A DNA stretch of 63,188 nucleotides, counting the filler, from Bdellovibrionota bacterium (GTDB lineage: Bacteria > Bdellovibrionota > Bdellovibrionia > Bdellovibrionales > JAEYZS01), in the NCBI GenBank assembly GCA_963169515.1. It is 4 parts of 4 records of this genome, joined end to end, with 100 filler letters (N's around TTAATTAATTAA, not from the genome) between each part and the next. Parts side by side here need not be neighbours in the genome. Positions count along the whole stretch, not along the records: positions 16,469 to 35,995 come from CAUJEF010000166.1; positions 36,096 to 55,915 come from CAUJEF010000167.1; 2 more parts are not named here. One strand, written 5' to 3'. Positions 30,079 to 40,064 of the stretch are shown here, piece after piece. The notes under the pieces are model-generated. The model saw only the letters and a list, made by a program, of their open reading frames with translations, was not told the origin of the DNA and did no database searches. The number at the start of each line of letters is the position of its first letter. Position 1 is the stretch's first letter. The position numbers were made by a program, and so were the translations under genes.

Positions 30079-31326
30079 ATGATATATTGTTTCTTGATGT
30101 CGATGTTTTTGACATCGATATCCTTAGAATTGGCACAAGCTCAAGCGCCTACAGTACCAGACCTGCAGAGATCGTCGGAAACTATAGAAAACTGCCTAAA
30201 AGACAAACTTAGACGTGTTGGATTTCAATTTCAGGAAAACGCTGAAGCAAGTACCATAAACCTTCCCGGCAACGTTTGTCGCTCAAATAATCGCAATATC
30301 GTGATGCCTGGCAAGTCTTCATCCCAAAAGAAAGTAGAAACGTTGTACGATTTTGCCACCTCCTATGAAGCTTACTGTGGATTCCAAAAAACAATGTCAA
30401 AAGCGATGGATGACGCTTTAAAAAAAATTAGCCAAAACCAAAATTATAAGTTTGGCGGTTATCCAGACATATACCCAGCTTCATGGAAATATGGCGTAGC
30501 TCGCGTTTTAGATGATGGTAGAAGTAGTTTTGGGTACTCTTTCGGTTCTTTAGATGAAGATATACAAAAAAAGATTTCAGCTATCTATTTGGAGCCTGTT
30601 AAATTTGATTGCGCTATCGGTGCGGAATTTTTTCAAATCGCATCCATTTCTGAATTATTTGGCCGTCATTTAAACTCGCTCTTTAAGAAGAAACATTTTC
30701 TTACGGTTATGAATGGATCTATCATCCGCGATCCACTTAAGAGTCCGAGCTTTACAACAGAAGTTGAACTTAGACGTCTTACGGGGCGTATTAAGCAACA
30801 AGACAAAAGATCCCATCTGTCGCTCCTAGGCAAGGCGGGTGTAATATTGAGCTTACTAGATGAAAGCCATCTCGATTCTCCAAACGACGTAAATGAGAAT
30901 TTTGTAATTCTTAAAACCACGGAAAAAGCATATCATGACTATTCTCAGAGTCTTTCTAAGGTTATCGTACAGGGCGAAGAAGAACTAGTTTATGCGTTTC
31001 CACAAGAAATCTGGAAGCGATTAAAATCCGCTTTAGATTCTCGCAGTCTATCTTCGGAACTGCAGAGACAAGCCGAGAATTTGGTTCAATCAAAACCATT
31101 TCTAACTGAAACAGAAGTATATGTGCACCCATTGGGCAAAATGACCTTAGCCCAACATATTATCAGACTATTACAAGTGAATCCCAGAATGCCATATGTG
31201 ATTTCAATGAATGAAGGTATTTTTCCCGTTTTTGAAACATCTGAAGGTTCCTTTATAGCATGGGAAGGATTTAACCCATTCTTCAGTTACTTTACGAGTT
31301 GTATTGAGAATACAACGTCTCTGTAG
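30079..31326 (+). CDS. secreted protein, Tgl-like (protein-glutamine gamma-glutamyltransferase / papain-like fold) candidate
   Basis: Signal peptide (AQA); FDCAIG, NENFVI, YVHPLG in the same order as the Tgl Cys/Glu/His motifs. Confidence 0.6.
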   Translation: MIYCFLMSMFLTSISLELAQAQAPTVPDLQRSSETIENCLKDKLRRVGFQFQENAEASTINLPGNVCRSNNRNIVMPGKSSSQKKVETLYDFATSYEAYCGFQKTMSKAMDDALKKISQNQNYKFGGYPDIYPASWKYGVARVLDDGRSSFGYSFGSLDEDIQKKISAIYLEPVKFDCAIGAEFFQIASISELFGRHLNSLFKKKHFLTVMNGSIIRDPLKSPSFTTEVELRRLTGRIKQQDKRSHLSLLGKAGVILSLLDESHLDSPNDVNENFVILKTTEKAYHDYSQSLSKVIVQGEEELVYAFPQEIWKRLKSALDSRSLSSELQRQAENLVQSKPFLTETEVYVHPLGKMTLAQHIIRLLQVNPRMPYVISMNEGIFPVFETSEGSFIAWEGFNPFFSYFTSCIENTTSL

Positions 31327-31334
31327 GCTTGTTA

Positions 31335-31416
31335 ACTTAACCAAGAATTTTATTCTAAACAACTATCCAAAAGACACTGACTTTATGACGCAGTTATTCG
31401 TCTCCATGAGAGCCTT
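31335..31416 (-). repeat. right copy of imperfect inverted repeat (about 80 bp)
   Basis: Reverse complement reads AAGGCTCTCATGGAGACGAATAACTGCGTCATAAAGTCAGTGTCTTTTGG..., matching the left copy. Confidence 0.92.
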
Positions 31417-31443
31417 CGGGTCCATTCCATTAGTTTTATAAAA

Positions 31444-32427
31444 TCAACGGCGTAAGGCCTTGGGATCGACTGCATTCTGCAACCCATCGCCGACAAAATT
31501 GAAACAAACGACTACAATTAAAATCAAGAGCCCAGGGAAGATGGCCAGCAGCGGGGCTTGAGTGATAATTTCCTGCGCATTGAACAACATATTCCCCCAG
31601 CTTGGAATTGGTGGCTGTATACCCAGACCGAGGAAGCTCAGAGCGGCCTCAGAAAGAATCGATTGCCCCACATTAAGCGTTACTGCAACCAATAGGGGAG
31701 CCAGAATGTTTGGAACCATGTGGGTGATAATAATTTCGGCGCGCGATGCGCCCATCGTGCGTGCGGCCAGGATAAACTCACGCTCTTTTATTGATAAAAT
31801 ACTTCCGCGAACTAATCGTGCAACTGTCATCCATGAAAACAGGCATAGAATGAAGACGAGTTTAAAAATACTTTGGCTCTGATTTTCGACAAGGCTTGCA
31901 AAGAATGGTAATTTGTTTAGATCAACCGCAGCAAATACAATTAAAATTGGCAACAGTGGCAGCGATAAAAGCGAATCCGTTACCCGCATAAGCACCGTAT
32001 CTATCCACCCACCGTATACACCGGCAAGCGAACCTATCAAGAGACCGACAAGGGCTGATATAAGCGCGACAACTAATCCAATTCCCATGGAAATCCGCGC
32101 CCCATAAACCAAACGGATAAGCACATCACGGCCCAACTCATCTGTACCCAGGATATGAAGACGTGTATTCACACTTGCGGCCAAGCGGTTTGAAGTGTCA
32201 TCAGCGGAAACCTCGGATTTGCTCATCAGGGGTAAGTATCGACTGAACACGTTCTGATCGTCAGGGCTGATACCTGTCCATTTAGTAACGAATGGAGCGC
32301 CCAAGGCCATTATGATAAATAACCCAATGATGAAAAGGCTAATCAAAGCCAATCGATGTTCTTTGAATTGTTCCCAGACCATTTGAGCCATTGATTTTGA
32401 TTTTTCTTCTGTGTCTTGAAAGCTCAT
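31444..32427 (-). CDS. oppC: oligo/dipeptide ABC permease (OppC/DppC)
   Basis: LGTDELGRDV, ARLVRG, EAALSFLGLG, PSWGNML. Confidence 0.9.
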   Translation of the reverse strand: MSFQDTEEKSKSMAQMVWEQFKEHRLALISLFIIGLFIIMALGAPFVTKWTGISPDDQNVFSRYLPLMSKSEVSADDTSNRLAASVNTRLHILGTDELGRDVLIRLVYGARISMGIGLVVALISALVGLLIGSLAGVYGGWIDTVLMRVTDSLLSLPLLPILIVFAAVDLNKLPFFASLVENQSQSIFKLVFILCLFSWMTVARLVRGSILSIKEREFILAARTMGASRAEIIITHMVPNILAPLLVAVTLNVGQSILSEAALSFLGLGIQPPIPSWGNMLFNAQEIITQAPLLAIFPGLLILIVVVCFNFVGDGLQNAVDPKALRR

Positions 32428-32431
32428 TGTA

Positions 32432-33403
32432 TCACCCGTAACTTATTCGTGGATCCAAATAACCATACAAAATATCTGCAACCAAGTTCATAACCAATAC
32501 CATTGCGACCGAAATCATAAATGCGATCATGGCGACATTGAAATCGTTTGCAATAACTGAATCGTAAACTAACTTTCCAACGCCTTGATATGCGAATACG
32601 GTTTCAGTGATGATTGCGCCTGAAAAAATAAACGAGAATGAAATCGCAATTACGGTCACAAGCGGTATCAGCGCATTTCTAAATCCGTGTCCCAGCACAA
32701 CGGTTAATCGGCTTAAACCCTTTGCTCTTGCCGTGCGAATGTAGTCTGCACGCATAGATTCAATCATTGAACTTCGTGCATAACGAACAAAACTTCCCAA
32801 TTGCAGCGCTGTTAACGAAAGCACAGGAAGGGTCATATATTTCATTCGATCCTTAATAAATTCCCATCCCGATAATTCACCTGCGCCAATGGTAAATGTA
32901 CCGCCGGCAGGAAACATCCCGAGCCATACGCTAAAAGCTAAAATAAGAACAATGCCGAGCCAAAACGAAGGAACGGAGATACCTGCGAATGCCCCGAGAT
33001 TTATGACATAGTCAAACTTAGTGCCTTGTTTCAGAGCTGCGATAATTCCAAGTGGGATGGCAACTAATATTGAAAGGCCAAGCGCTGCGAGCGACAAGAA
33101 AAACGTATTTGCAAGGCGAGGCCCTATGAGCTCGCTGACGGGTATTTTGTAAGTTCGAGAATAACCCAAATCACCAGTAATAACGGTTTTTAACCAATTC
33201 ATATAACGAACATAGGCTGGCTTATCGAGTCCATAGAGGGCCTTCAGACGGGCAACATCTTCAGAGGTAATATGGGGGTTTGAGCTCGCCAAGATATCTA
33301 CAGGATCTCCTGGCATCAGACTCAAAATATAAAAACAAACAAACGACAACATGGCGATTGTAATAACCGTTTGAATCAATCTGCGAATAATAAAAGTTGT
33401 CAT
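32432..33403 (-). CDS. oppB: oligo/dipeptide ABC permease (OppB/DppB)
   Basis: PGDPV, DLGYS, PSFWLG, DYIRTARAKGL, LDPRI; start at ATG 33403. Confidence 0.9.
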   Translation of the reverse strand: MTTFIIRRLIQTVITIAMLSFVCFYILSLMPGDPVDILASSNPHITSEDVARLKALYGLDKPAYVRYMNWLKTVITGDLGYSRTYKIPVSELIGPRLANTFFLSLAALGLSILVAIPLGIIAALKQGTKFDYVINLGAFAGISVPSFWLGIVLILAFSVWLGMFPAGGTFTIGAGELSGWEFIKDRMKYMTLPVLSLTALQLGSFVRYARSSMIESMRADYIRTARAKGLSRLTVVLGHGFRNALIPLVTVIAISFSFIFSGAIITETVFAYQGVGKLVYDSVIANDFNVAMIAFMISVAMVLVMNLVADILYGYLDPRISYG

Positions 33404-33428
33404 TTCTGTTCCCCCCCAGAACTGGCGA

Positions 33429-35126
33429 TTATTGCAAATTCCAGTTCTCAATCGTATTTGAAGACGAAAATTGGTGACCGGTAAGCTGATAACCCGACTG
33501 ATTAACTGGGGTGGCGCTTACTTCTGCCCTATAATACAAAGGGATTACCGGAACTTCATCCGTGTAAGCTTTAAGGACCTTTGCTACTAAATTTTTTCGT
33601 TTTTTTGGATCAAAGGTCACATCGATTTCTTCTATAATTTTGTCGACCTCTGGATTTGTCCAACGGGGGTAGTTTTGTCCAGACCAACCGTTAGCGGCGT
33701 TCGGAATGTTTGCTGTGTGCAATTGGGCACGGGGAGTATTTTCTGGGGATGAAATCCACGCGTACATAGCCATTCCGCCGTATTTGCCCTTTTTTGTGGT
33801 CTCATTAAAAAACACGCGTGCCGGTTCGTTTTTAATTTGTATGTCGATGCCAACGGATTTCCATTCTTTTTGTAAGTATACCTGCACTAACTCGCGCGTT
33901 TTGTTTCCAGCCGTTGTCATAAATGGAAGCGATAATTTCTGTCCGTCTTTTACACGAATTCCGTCTGGGCCCATTTTCCAACCTGCTTCGTCCAGTAATT
34001 GACCTGCCTTCGCTTTGTCTGTTGGGTATAATGTGATTTTTTTGGGGTCGTCAGTGTACCAAGGATCCATCGGAGAAATCATGTGAAGGGCCTTTTTTTG
34101 TTTCCCTTCGAACAATGCCTTCACAAGATTGTCTCGATTGATCGCATACACAAGCGCCTTACGAACCCGGACGTCTTTTAGGATTGGATTTTCTTGGTTC
34201 AGATCGATGTGTTCGTAGGTCAGACCCTCTTTAAAATTTATTTTAAACGGCAGGTGCTCCGCCTTTATTTTTTTGTCAAAAGCCAGTGCTTGATCAAAAG
34301 TAAAGCCAAGTTCAGAGACCATATCTATGGTTCCAGAAAGCATATTTGCTTCAAGCGTTCCTGTGTTTGGAATCAATTTTAAGATAATTTTTTTAATATT
34401 TGGCTTTTTCCCATAGAACTTTTCATTCGGGATTAAGCTGAGGTGACTACCGAGCTTGATTTCTTCGACACGATAAGGGCCATTATACAGTCCTGGATTT
34501 GTCGGATTTCTCGTATATTGCGAGTTCTTTGCATAGCCTTCATTTTCCTTCGAATATTTGTTAAAAATCTCTTCCTCTAAATGTTTTGGTAATACATAAA
34601 ACGTGCCGAGGCGGGCAAAATCCCATTTTGCTTGTTTGTAAATAAATGTGAACTTTTTTGGATTTTTCTCGTCGACTTTAATGTCTTCAATTTGATCATA
34701 TTGTTCGCGTTCGCCAACAGAAACAGTAGGGGTACGCGCTACGGTCCACGCAAACTTCACGTCATATCCTGTGATCGGCGTTCCATCGCCCCAAACTGCA
34801 TTTGGTAGAATTTCCCAATTCGCACTGATTTTTTTAACCCCGTTTTCGGTGTAAATCCTTGCACCTTTGTTTGCTAGAGAAGGGATGGATTTTACAAGCT
34901 GTGGAATCCACTTTGGTGTTGCATCCATCGTCATCAAGTTACGATTCACCATTTTATATATTATTGTAGTAGCCATCATTTGCATTAGAACAGGGTTTAA
35001 GTTTTCAAATTCTTGGGTAATGCCAATTCTTAGTACTTCATTTGTTGGCTTCTGTATTGCTCCCCATGAGCTCTGTGCTAGTAACAATGCCAGAGTTATG
35101 CTGACTAATCTTTTTGGTGCTTTCAT
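33429..35126 (-). CDS. oppA: peptide ABC substrate-binding protein (family 5)
   Basis: WGDGTPIT..DV, NGPY, DVRVRKAL..AINR, PVIPLY; start at ATG 35126. Confidence 0.88.
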   Translation of the reverse strand: MKAPKRLVSITLALLLAQSSWGAIQKPTNEVLRIGITQEFENLNPVLMQMMATTIIYKMVNRNLMTMDATPKWIPQLVKSIPSLANKGARIYTENGVKKISANWEILPNAVWGDGTPITGYDVKFAWTVARTPTVSVGEREQYDQIEDIKVDEKNPKKFTFIYKQAKWDFARLGTFYVLPKHLEEEIFNKYSKENEGYAKNSQYTRNPTNPGLYNGPYRVEEIKLGSHLSLIPNEKFYGKKPNIKKIILKLIPNTGTLEANMLSGTIDMVSELGFTFDQALAFDKKIKAEHLPFKINFKEGLTYEHIDLNQENPILKDVRVRKALVYAINRDNLVKALFEGKQKKALHMISPMDPWYTDDPKKITLYPTDKAKAGQLLDEAGWKMGPDGIRVKDGQKLSLPFMTTAGNKTRELVQVYLQKEWKSVGIDIQIKNEPARVFFNETTKKGKYGGMAMYAWISSPENTPRAQLHTANIPNAANGWSGQNYPRWTNPEVDKIIEEIDVTFDPKKRKNLVAKVLKAYTDEVPVIPLYYRAEVSATPVNQSGYQLTGHQFSSSNTIENWNLQ

Positions 35127-35995
35127 TTTTTTCCCCCGTTTTAGTACTAAAATTTTTATAAAGTACGCATGCAACTTTATGATTGCTTTCTAAAGTTAAA
35201 AGGTCTTGTGATTCTTGTTTACACTCTTGAGTGGCAAAAACGCAACGAGGATGAAAGTGGCATCCTGTTGGTGGATTAATTGGACTCGGAACGTCACCTT
35301 TTAACACAGTCTGGACCTTGGCTCGACCTTGGCCAATCTCTGGAACCGCTTTCAGTAAGCATTGAGTGTATGGGTGTAACGGTTTGCGATACAAATCGAC
35401 ACCGCGCGCCTGTTCAACGATTCGCCCCAAATACATCACGGCAACGTCATCGCACATATGTTCAATGACTGCGAGATTATGGGAAATAAACAAATATGTA
35501 AGTCCCAATTCTTTTTGCAAGTCTTTTAAAAGATTTAAAATTTGGGCTTGAATGGAAACGTCAAGTGCGCTGACAGGTTCATCACAGATGATAAGTTCTG
35601 GATTTAAAGCTATCGCACGGGCAATCCCAATTCTTTGACGTTGGCCGCCCGAAAACTCGTGCGGGTATCGATTTAAATGGCTTTGCTTTAACCCCACAAG
35701 TTCCATTAGTTCTTTTGTACGTTTTTGAATCTGTTCGTTTGTTCCGTATTTATGAATTCGAAGAGGCTGTGAAATAATTCGGCTGACCGTCATTCGTGGA
35801 TCCAGTGAAGCATACGGATCTTGAAAAATCATTTGTACTTTTTTTCTGAATGACAGCAAGCTCGCGCTACTTAATTTTGTAACATCCTGTCCGTCGAACA
35901 AAATTTCCCCGCTTGTGGCTGGATAAATTTGCGCGATCGTGCGGCCCAAGGTCGATTTTCCGCAACCGCTTTCACCAACAAGACCCAAGGTTTTT
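35038..35995 (-). CDS. oppF: peptide ABC ATPase (5' end lost at contig edge)
   Basis: GESGCGKST, FQDPYASL, SGGQRQR, HPYT, PPTGCHFHPRC. Confidence 0.92.
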
Positions 35996-36095
35996 NNNNN
36001 NNNNNNNNNNNNNNNNNNNNNNNNNNNNNNNNNNNNNNNTTAATTAATTAANNNNNNNNNNNNNNNNNNNNNNNNNNNNNNNNNNNNNNNNNNNN
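35996..36095. other. artificial contig linker
   Basis: 44 N + TTAATTAATTAA + 44 N. Confidence 0.98.
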
Positions 36096-37690
36096 CCGCT
36101 GGTTGCAATTACAACGCCCGCTGCAAACAGCTATGTGGGGGCACCAGCAACCATCAGCGGCACTTGTGACACAGGCCTGACTGTAACATTAAATGGCGCC
36201 GGTGTTCTAAATCCTGTGACAGCAGCTTGTGTTGCCGGAGCATTTTCCACAAGCGTGACAATGACACCTGGTGATGGGGTTAAAGTTGCGACAGCCTCAC
36301 AAACGGATTTATCTGGAAATACCGGTTCAAATTCACGAAGCTTTGTACGTGACGAAACTGGCCCTGCAATTGCTATTACAGCGCCAGCCGCAAATTCCTA
36401 CGTTGCACCAACGGCAACTATCAGTGGAACTTGTGAAACCGGTCTGACTGTAACATTAAATGGCTCGGGTGTTTCTGGTTCCGCTTCGACATCTTGTACT
36501 GCCGGCACATTCAGCTCAAGCGTTACCTTCACTGCAGGTGATGGTTCTAAACAAGTAACAGCTTCGCAAACAGACGGCGCCGGCAATTCTAATTCAAATT
36601 CACGCACATTTGTTCGCGACAGCACTGGTCCTGCAATTGCAATTACATCTCCCGCTGCAAACAGCTTTGTCGGCCCAACCGCGACCATCAACGGCACCTG
36701 CGAAACCGGATTTGCGGTCACGCTTTCTGGCACAGGCATTGTAAGCTCCGTATCTACGGCCTGTGCAGGTGGAGTGTTTAGTGGTCTTGTGACCTTCACT
36801 GCAGGCGATGGATCTAAGCAAGTAACGGCTTCGCAAACAGACGGCGCCGGCAACACTGGAAACGATTCACGATCATTCCTACGCGACACTATTGGACCAG
36901 TTATTGGATTCACAACTCCGACAGCAAACGCATTTGTGCCTGTATCTGTAATTGTAACAGGAACTTGCGAAACAAACTTAACCGTTACTTTAAGTGGTAC
37001 TGGAATTAGCGGACCAGCAACTGGTGGCTGTGTTGGTGGTGTATTCGCTATCACCGTAACCTTTACTGCAGGTGATGGTTCTAAACAAGTAACAGCCTCG
37101 CAAACAGACGGCGCCGGCAACTCAAGCTCTGCTTCACGATCATTCATCCGTGATACAATAAGCCCTGTAATTGCAATCACAGCACCCGCTGCCAATTCTT
37201 ATGTTGCATCTACAGCTCTAATTTCAGGAACTTGCGAGACCGGATTTAATGTAACTCTTGATGGTCCAGGGGTACAAGGTTCCATAAATACAACCTGTGC
37301 TGCTGGCACATTCAGCGCAAGCGTAACCTTTACTGCTGGTGACGGTCCAAAGCAAGCGAATGCATCACAAACCGATGGCGCCGGTAATACTGGAAGCGAT
37401 TCACGATCTTTTGTTCGTGATACAACAAGTCCTGCAATTGCCATCACTTCGCCTGCCGCCAACAGTGCAGTTAACTTGGCTGCAACCATCAGCGGTACAT
37501 GTGAGGGCACATATACCGTAACTCTTGCGGGCTCTGGGGTCGCCTCTTCTGTAAATACAGCATGTGCCGCCAATGTATTTAGTGCAAACGTGACATTCAC
37601 ATCTGGAACTGGGGTCAAAACGGTAACAGCATCACAAACCGATGGTGCCGGTAATACTGGAAGCAATTCTCGTAACTTTAATAAAACAAA
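36096..37690 (+). repeat. six tandem 267-bp (89-aa) coding repeats
   Basis: Units start at 36096, 36363, 36630, 36897, 37164 and 37431. Confidence 0.93.
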
Positions 37691-38597
37691 CAACAGTGGT
37701 TATGAGGTTTTCACGTCCCGAGGTCCTGGTGGACGCGTTGACATTTTGTTTGTTGACGATAACTCGGCATCAATGGATCCTGAACAAGCCGCTCTTGGAA
37801 ATCGATTCTCGTCATTCACTTCAGCCCTTTCAACCGTGGACTGGCAGGTTGGTATCGTAACTACGGATTGTACATCTGGAAGCCCTTACAATTTTTGTGG
37901 CCAAATGTTCGACCTGACAGGTCGCCCAGCTGGCGAATACATCTTAAATTCATCCACTCCGGATTATTTAAATGTGTTTAGAAATACGATTCAACGCCCT
38001 GAAACAATTAACTGCATTATCTCTGGAACCTGTCCATCTGGTCGAGAAGAGGGTTTAAAATCTACAATCGAAGCCATGAACCGTCGAGATACTGATAACG
38101 CTGGCTTTTTCCGCAACGATTCGGACTTTGCAATTGTTATGTTGACCGACGAAGACGAGTATTCAAGTCCCATCCCAGCTGCGACAACACCAGCCCAAGT
38201 GATCAATACATTCCGATCTATTTGGGGTAACACAAAAAAGATTTCAAATTACAGCATCATTATACGGCCAGGCGATACGGCTTGCTACAATGCTCAGCGA
38301 GCACAATTTGGCAATAATGCTAACTATGGGACATATCCGGACCTTCTATCACAATTAACCGGTGGTATTTCTGTAAGCATATGCGAACCCGATTACTCAT
38401 TAACCTTAGCAGAAATTGGTGACAACGTCACTCGACTTAGCCGCTCCATTGACCTTGCCCAAACGCCAATTGCAGGGACAGTGAGCGTAGTATTTACTCC
38501 AGCCTACAGCACAACGTGGACGGTTACAGGGAATCGAATCACATTTGATGTACCCGCTCCTGCCGGCACACAAGTCGAAATTTACTACGAATATTAG
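36096..38597 (+). CDS. large surface protein: at least 6 Ig-like repeats plus vWA-like domain (5' truncated)
   Basis: Frame open from the contig edge; repeats P.IAIT.PA...SGTC...SQTD.AGN; VDILFVDDNSASM MIDAS-like motif, LTDEDE. Confidence 0.85.
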   Translation, partial: PLVAITTPAANSYVGAPATISGTCDTGLTVTLNGAGVLNPVTAACVAGAFSTSVTMTPGDGVKVATASQTDLSGNTGSNSRSFVRDETGPAIAITAPAANSYVAPTATISGTCETGLTVTLNGSGVSGSASTSCTAGTFSSSVTFTAGDGSKQVTASQTDGAGNSNSNSRTFVRDSTGPAIAITSPAANSFVGPTATINGTCETGFAVTLSGTGIVSSVSTACAGGVFSGLVTFTAGDGSKQVTASQTDGAGNTGNDSRSFLRDTIGPVIGFTTPTANAFVPVSVIVTGTCETNLTVTLSGTGISGPATGGCVGGVFAITVTFTAGDGSKQVTASQTDGAGNSSSASRSFIRDTISPVIAITAPAANSYVASTALISGTCETGFNVTLDGPGVQGSINTTCAAGTFSASVTFTAGDGPKQANASQTDGAGNTGSDSRSFVRDTTSPAIAITSPAANSAVNLAATISGTCEGTYTVTLAGSGVASSVNTACAANVFSANVTFTSGTGVKTVTASQTDGAGNTGSNSRNFNKTNNSGYEVFTSRGPGGRVDILFVDDNSASMDPEQAALGNRFSSFTSALSTVDWQVGIVTTDCTSGSPYNFCGQMFDLTGRPAGEYILNSSTPDYLNVFRNTIQRPETINCIISGTCPSGREEGLKSTIEAMNRRDTDNAGFFRNDSDFAIVMLTDEDEYSSPIPAATTPAQVINTFRSIWGNTKKISNYSIIIRPGDTACYNAQRAQFGNNANYGTYPDLLSQLTGGISVSICEPDYSLTLAEIGDNVTRLSRSIDLAQTPIAGTVSVVFTPAYSTTWTVTGNRITFDVPAPAGTQVEIYYEY

Positions 38598-38618
38598 AAA
38601 CTGGAGGGCCAGTTTTAA

Positions 38619-39881
38619 CTATGTATCGTTCGGATCGATTCCGATCTCATACCAGCCAGCGATACTTAAACTTAGATCCGGTGTTAGAAGTGACTTCCAC
38701 CACGGCTTTGATTTTGCCCAGCTCACATTGCCCGCAATAACTGATTTATCAGTAGTACTGCTAGACAATAATAATGGTGCAATCGCAAATCCTTTAATTG
38801 GGACTTGGAGCTGTAATCCCAATGGTAAACCATAACCAAATTCTTTAATTTTAAAAATATCTAACGCACCACCAGCCGAGCCAATTCCAGAGGCATAAAG
38901 TGTTTGTGGCTTTTTGCTAAGTGCAAACCCAATTGTTATAATTTGGAAATCTTTAAGCAAAATTTTTGGTTTTTGAATTGTTCCATCACCAAGAATACAA
39001 AATAACTGACTTGTTGGAGTTTCACCAGGAAGGTTAGGATCAGAAATGCGCGTTGGCAATGGATGGACTCCGTCTTGGTCTTTGACAGTTTGAATCACGT
39101 GAAAAATGATGACACGCTTTACTAAGCGCATCTTTGCTTTTACATAACAGTGCTTGCGCTGTGGTATCGCATTTGAATCAACATTTGTTGAATTCTGTAT
39201 GATCTCTTCGATAGCTTTCATTGCATCAATTTTTTCAAGTTCAGTTGTTGCCACCGGAACGGTATCTTCTACGACAGCATCCATCTGTTCCTTATTTAAC
39301 AGAGCTTGAGCTTCTTGCGGGTAGAGTGCCTCGTTGTAAGCTTTTAAACCCTCTTCTTTCGAAGAGACTTCTGAAAAGACATATATGCCATCCGCAAAAC
39401 CTGTAAGAGCGTTTGAGATTACATGCTGGTTGCCGCTAATCTCTTGTCGAACCACCCGATAGGACCTTTCTAGACCGTTTAGATCTTTTTCAAGGCTCCG
39501 TGGCGCGCTCCCAACAAAATAGGCACGCTCAATAGTCTTTCCGGATCTGGAATCCTTTTCTAGAACCACACAACCAGCACTTAAATTTAAATCACAGCCT
39601 TTTGTTTCATTTAAAATTTGAAACAAACTGTTTGGAATATATGGATTTTCACTAGAGCTTTTCAAAGTGATTTCGTACCTTTCATCGCTGATGTTTGGGG
39701 CTACGAATGCTTTACTGAGATTTTTTGATATTGGCGCTGCCAACTGTTTCACCGCCGCCTGTACTTCAGCTGACTTATTTTGTGTTTCTTGTCCAAAAAA
39801 GATTTCCACTGGAAGCGTCCGTGCGTGGGCAGCAGAAATGTTCAAAGTAACCGCAAATATCACAATAGAAAATATCTTCAT
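38619..39881 (-). CDS. hypothetical secreted protein
   Basis: 420-aa ORF, signal peptide ending AHA, GAGG RBS. Confidence 0.75.
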   Translation of the reverse strand: MKIFSIVIFAVTLNISAAHARTLPVEIFFGQETQNKSAEVQAAVKQLAAPISKNLSKAFVAPNISDERYEITLKSSSENPYIPNSLFQILNETKGCDLNLSAGCVVLEKDSRSGKTIERAYFVGSAPRSLEKDLNGLERSYRVVRQEISGNQHVISNALTGFADGIYVFSEVSSKEEGLKAYNEALYPQEAQALLNKEQMDAVVEDTVPVATTELEKIDAMKAIEEIIQNSTNVDSNAIPQRKHCYVKAKMRLVKRVIIFHVIQTVKDQDGVHPLPTRISDPNLPGETPTSQLFCILGDGTIQKPKILLKDFQIITIGFALSKKPQTLYASGIGSAGGALDIFKIKEFGYGLPLGLQLQVPIKGFAIAPLLLSSSTTDKSVIAGNVSWAKSKPWWKSLLTPDLSLSIAGWYEIGIDPNDT

Positions 39882-40028
39882 AAATTATCCTCTCTTAAGG
39901 TATCGAGAGTATAAAGAATCCAGAGGGCAATTACGAATTTATTCTATGGCCCACAAATATTAACTTAAAAAGCGTGAATATATTTTTGAATTGTCAAAAG
40001 ATTATACAGAATTTTTTTTTGGAAATCA

Positions 40029-40050
40029 GGACGCAGCAGTTACTGCGTCC
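40029..40050 (-). terminator. probable terminator hairpin
   Basis: GGACGCAG-N6-CTGCGTCC just after the stop at 40065; weak U-tract. Confidence 0.55.
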
Positions 40051-40064
40051 CTAAGAAATTTAAA

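Noticed and set aside
29947..31416. Integron attC or Tn7-type ends as the explanation for the inverted repeats
   Set aside because: No clear attC-type palindrome, no TGT/ACA termini or iterated TnsB-like sites, and no integrase; kept as an unclassified finding.
35038..35126. 89-nt overlap between the oppF tail and the oppA start
   Set aside because: Most simply a neutral C-terminal extension beyond the conserved H.VAC end; no evidence of function.
36398..37693. Long antisense ORFs (265 and 164 aa)
   Set aside because: Shadows of the Thr/Gly/Ala/Ser-rich repeats on the coding strand.
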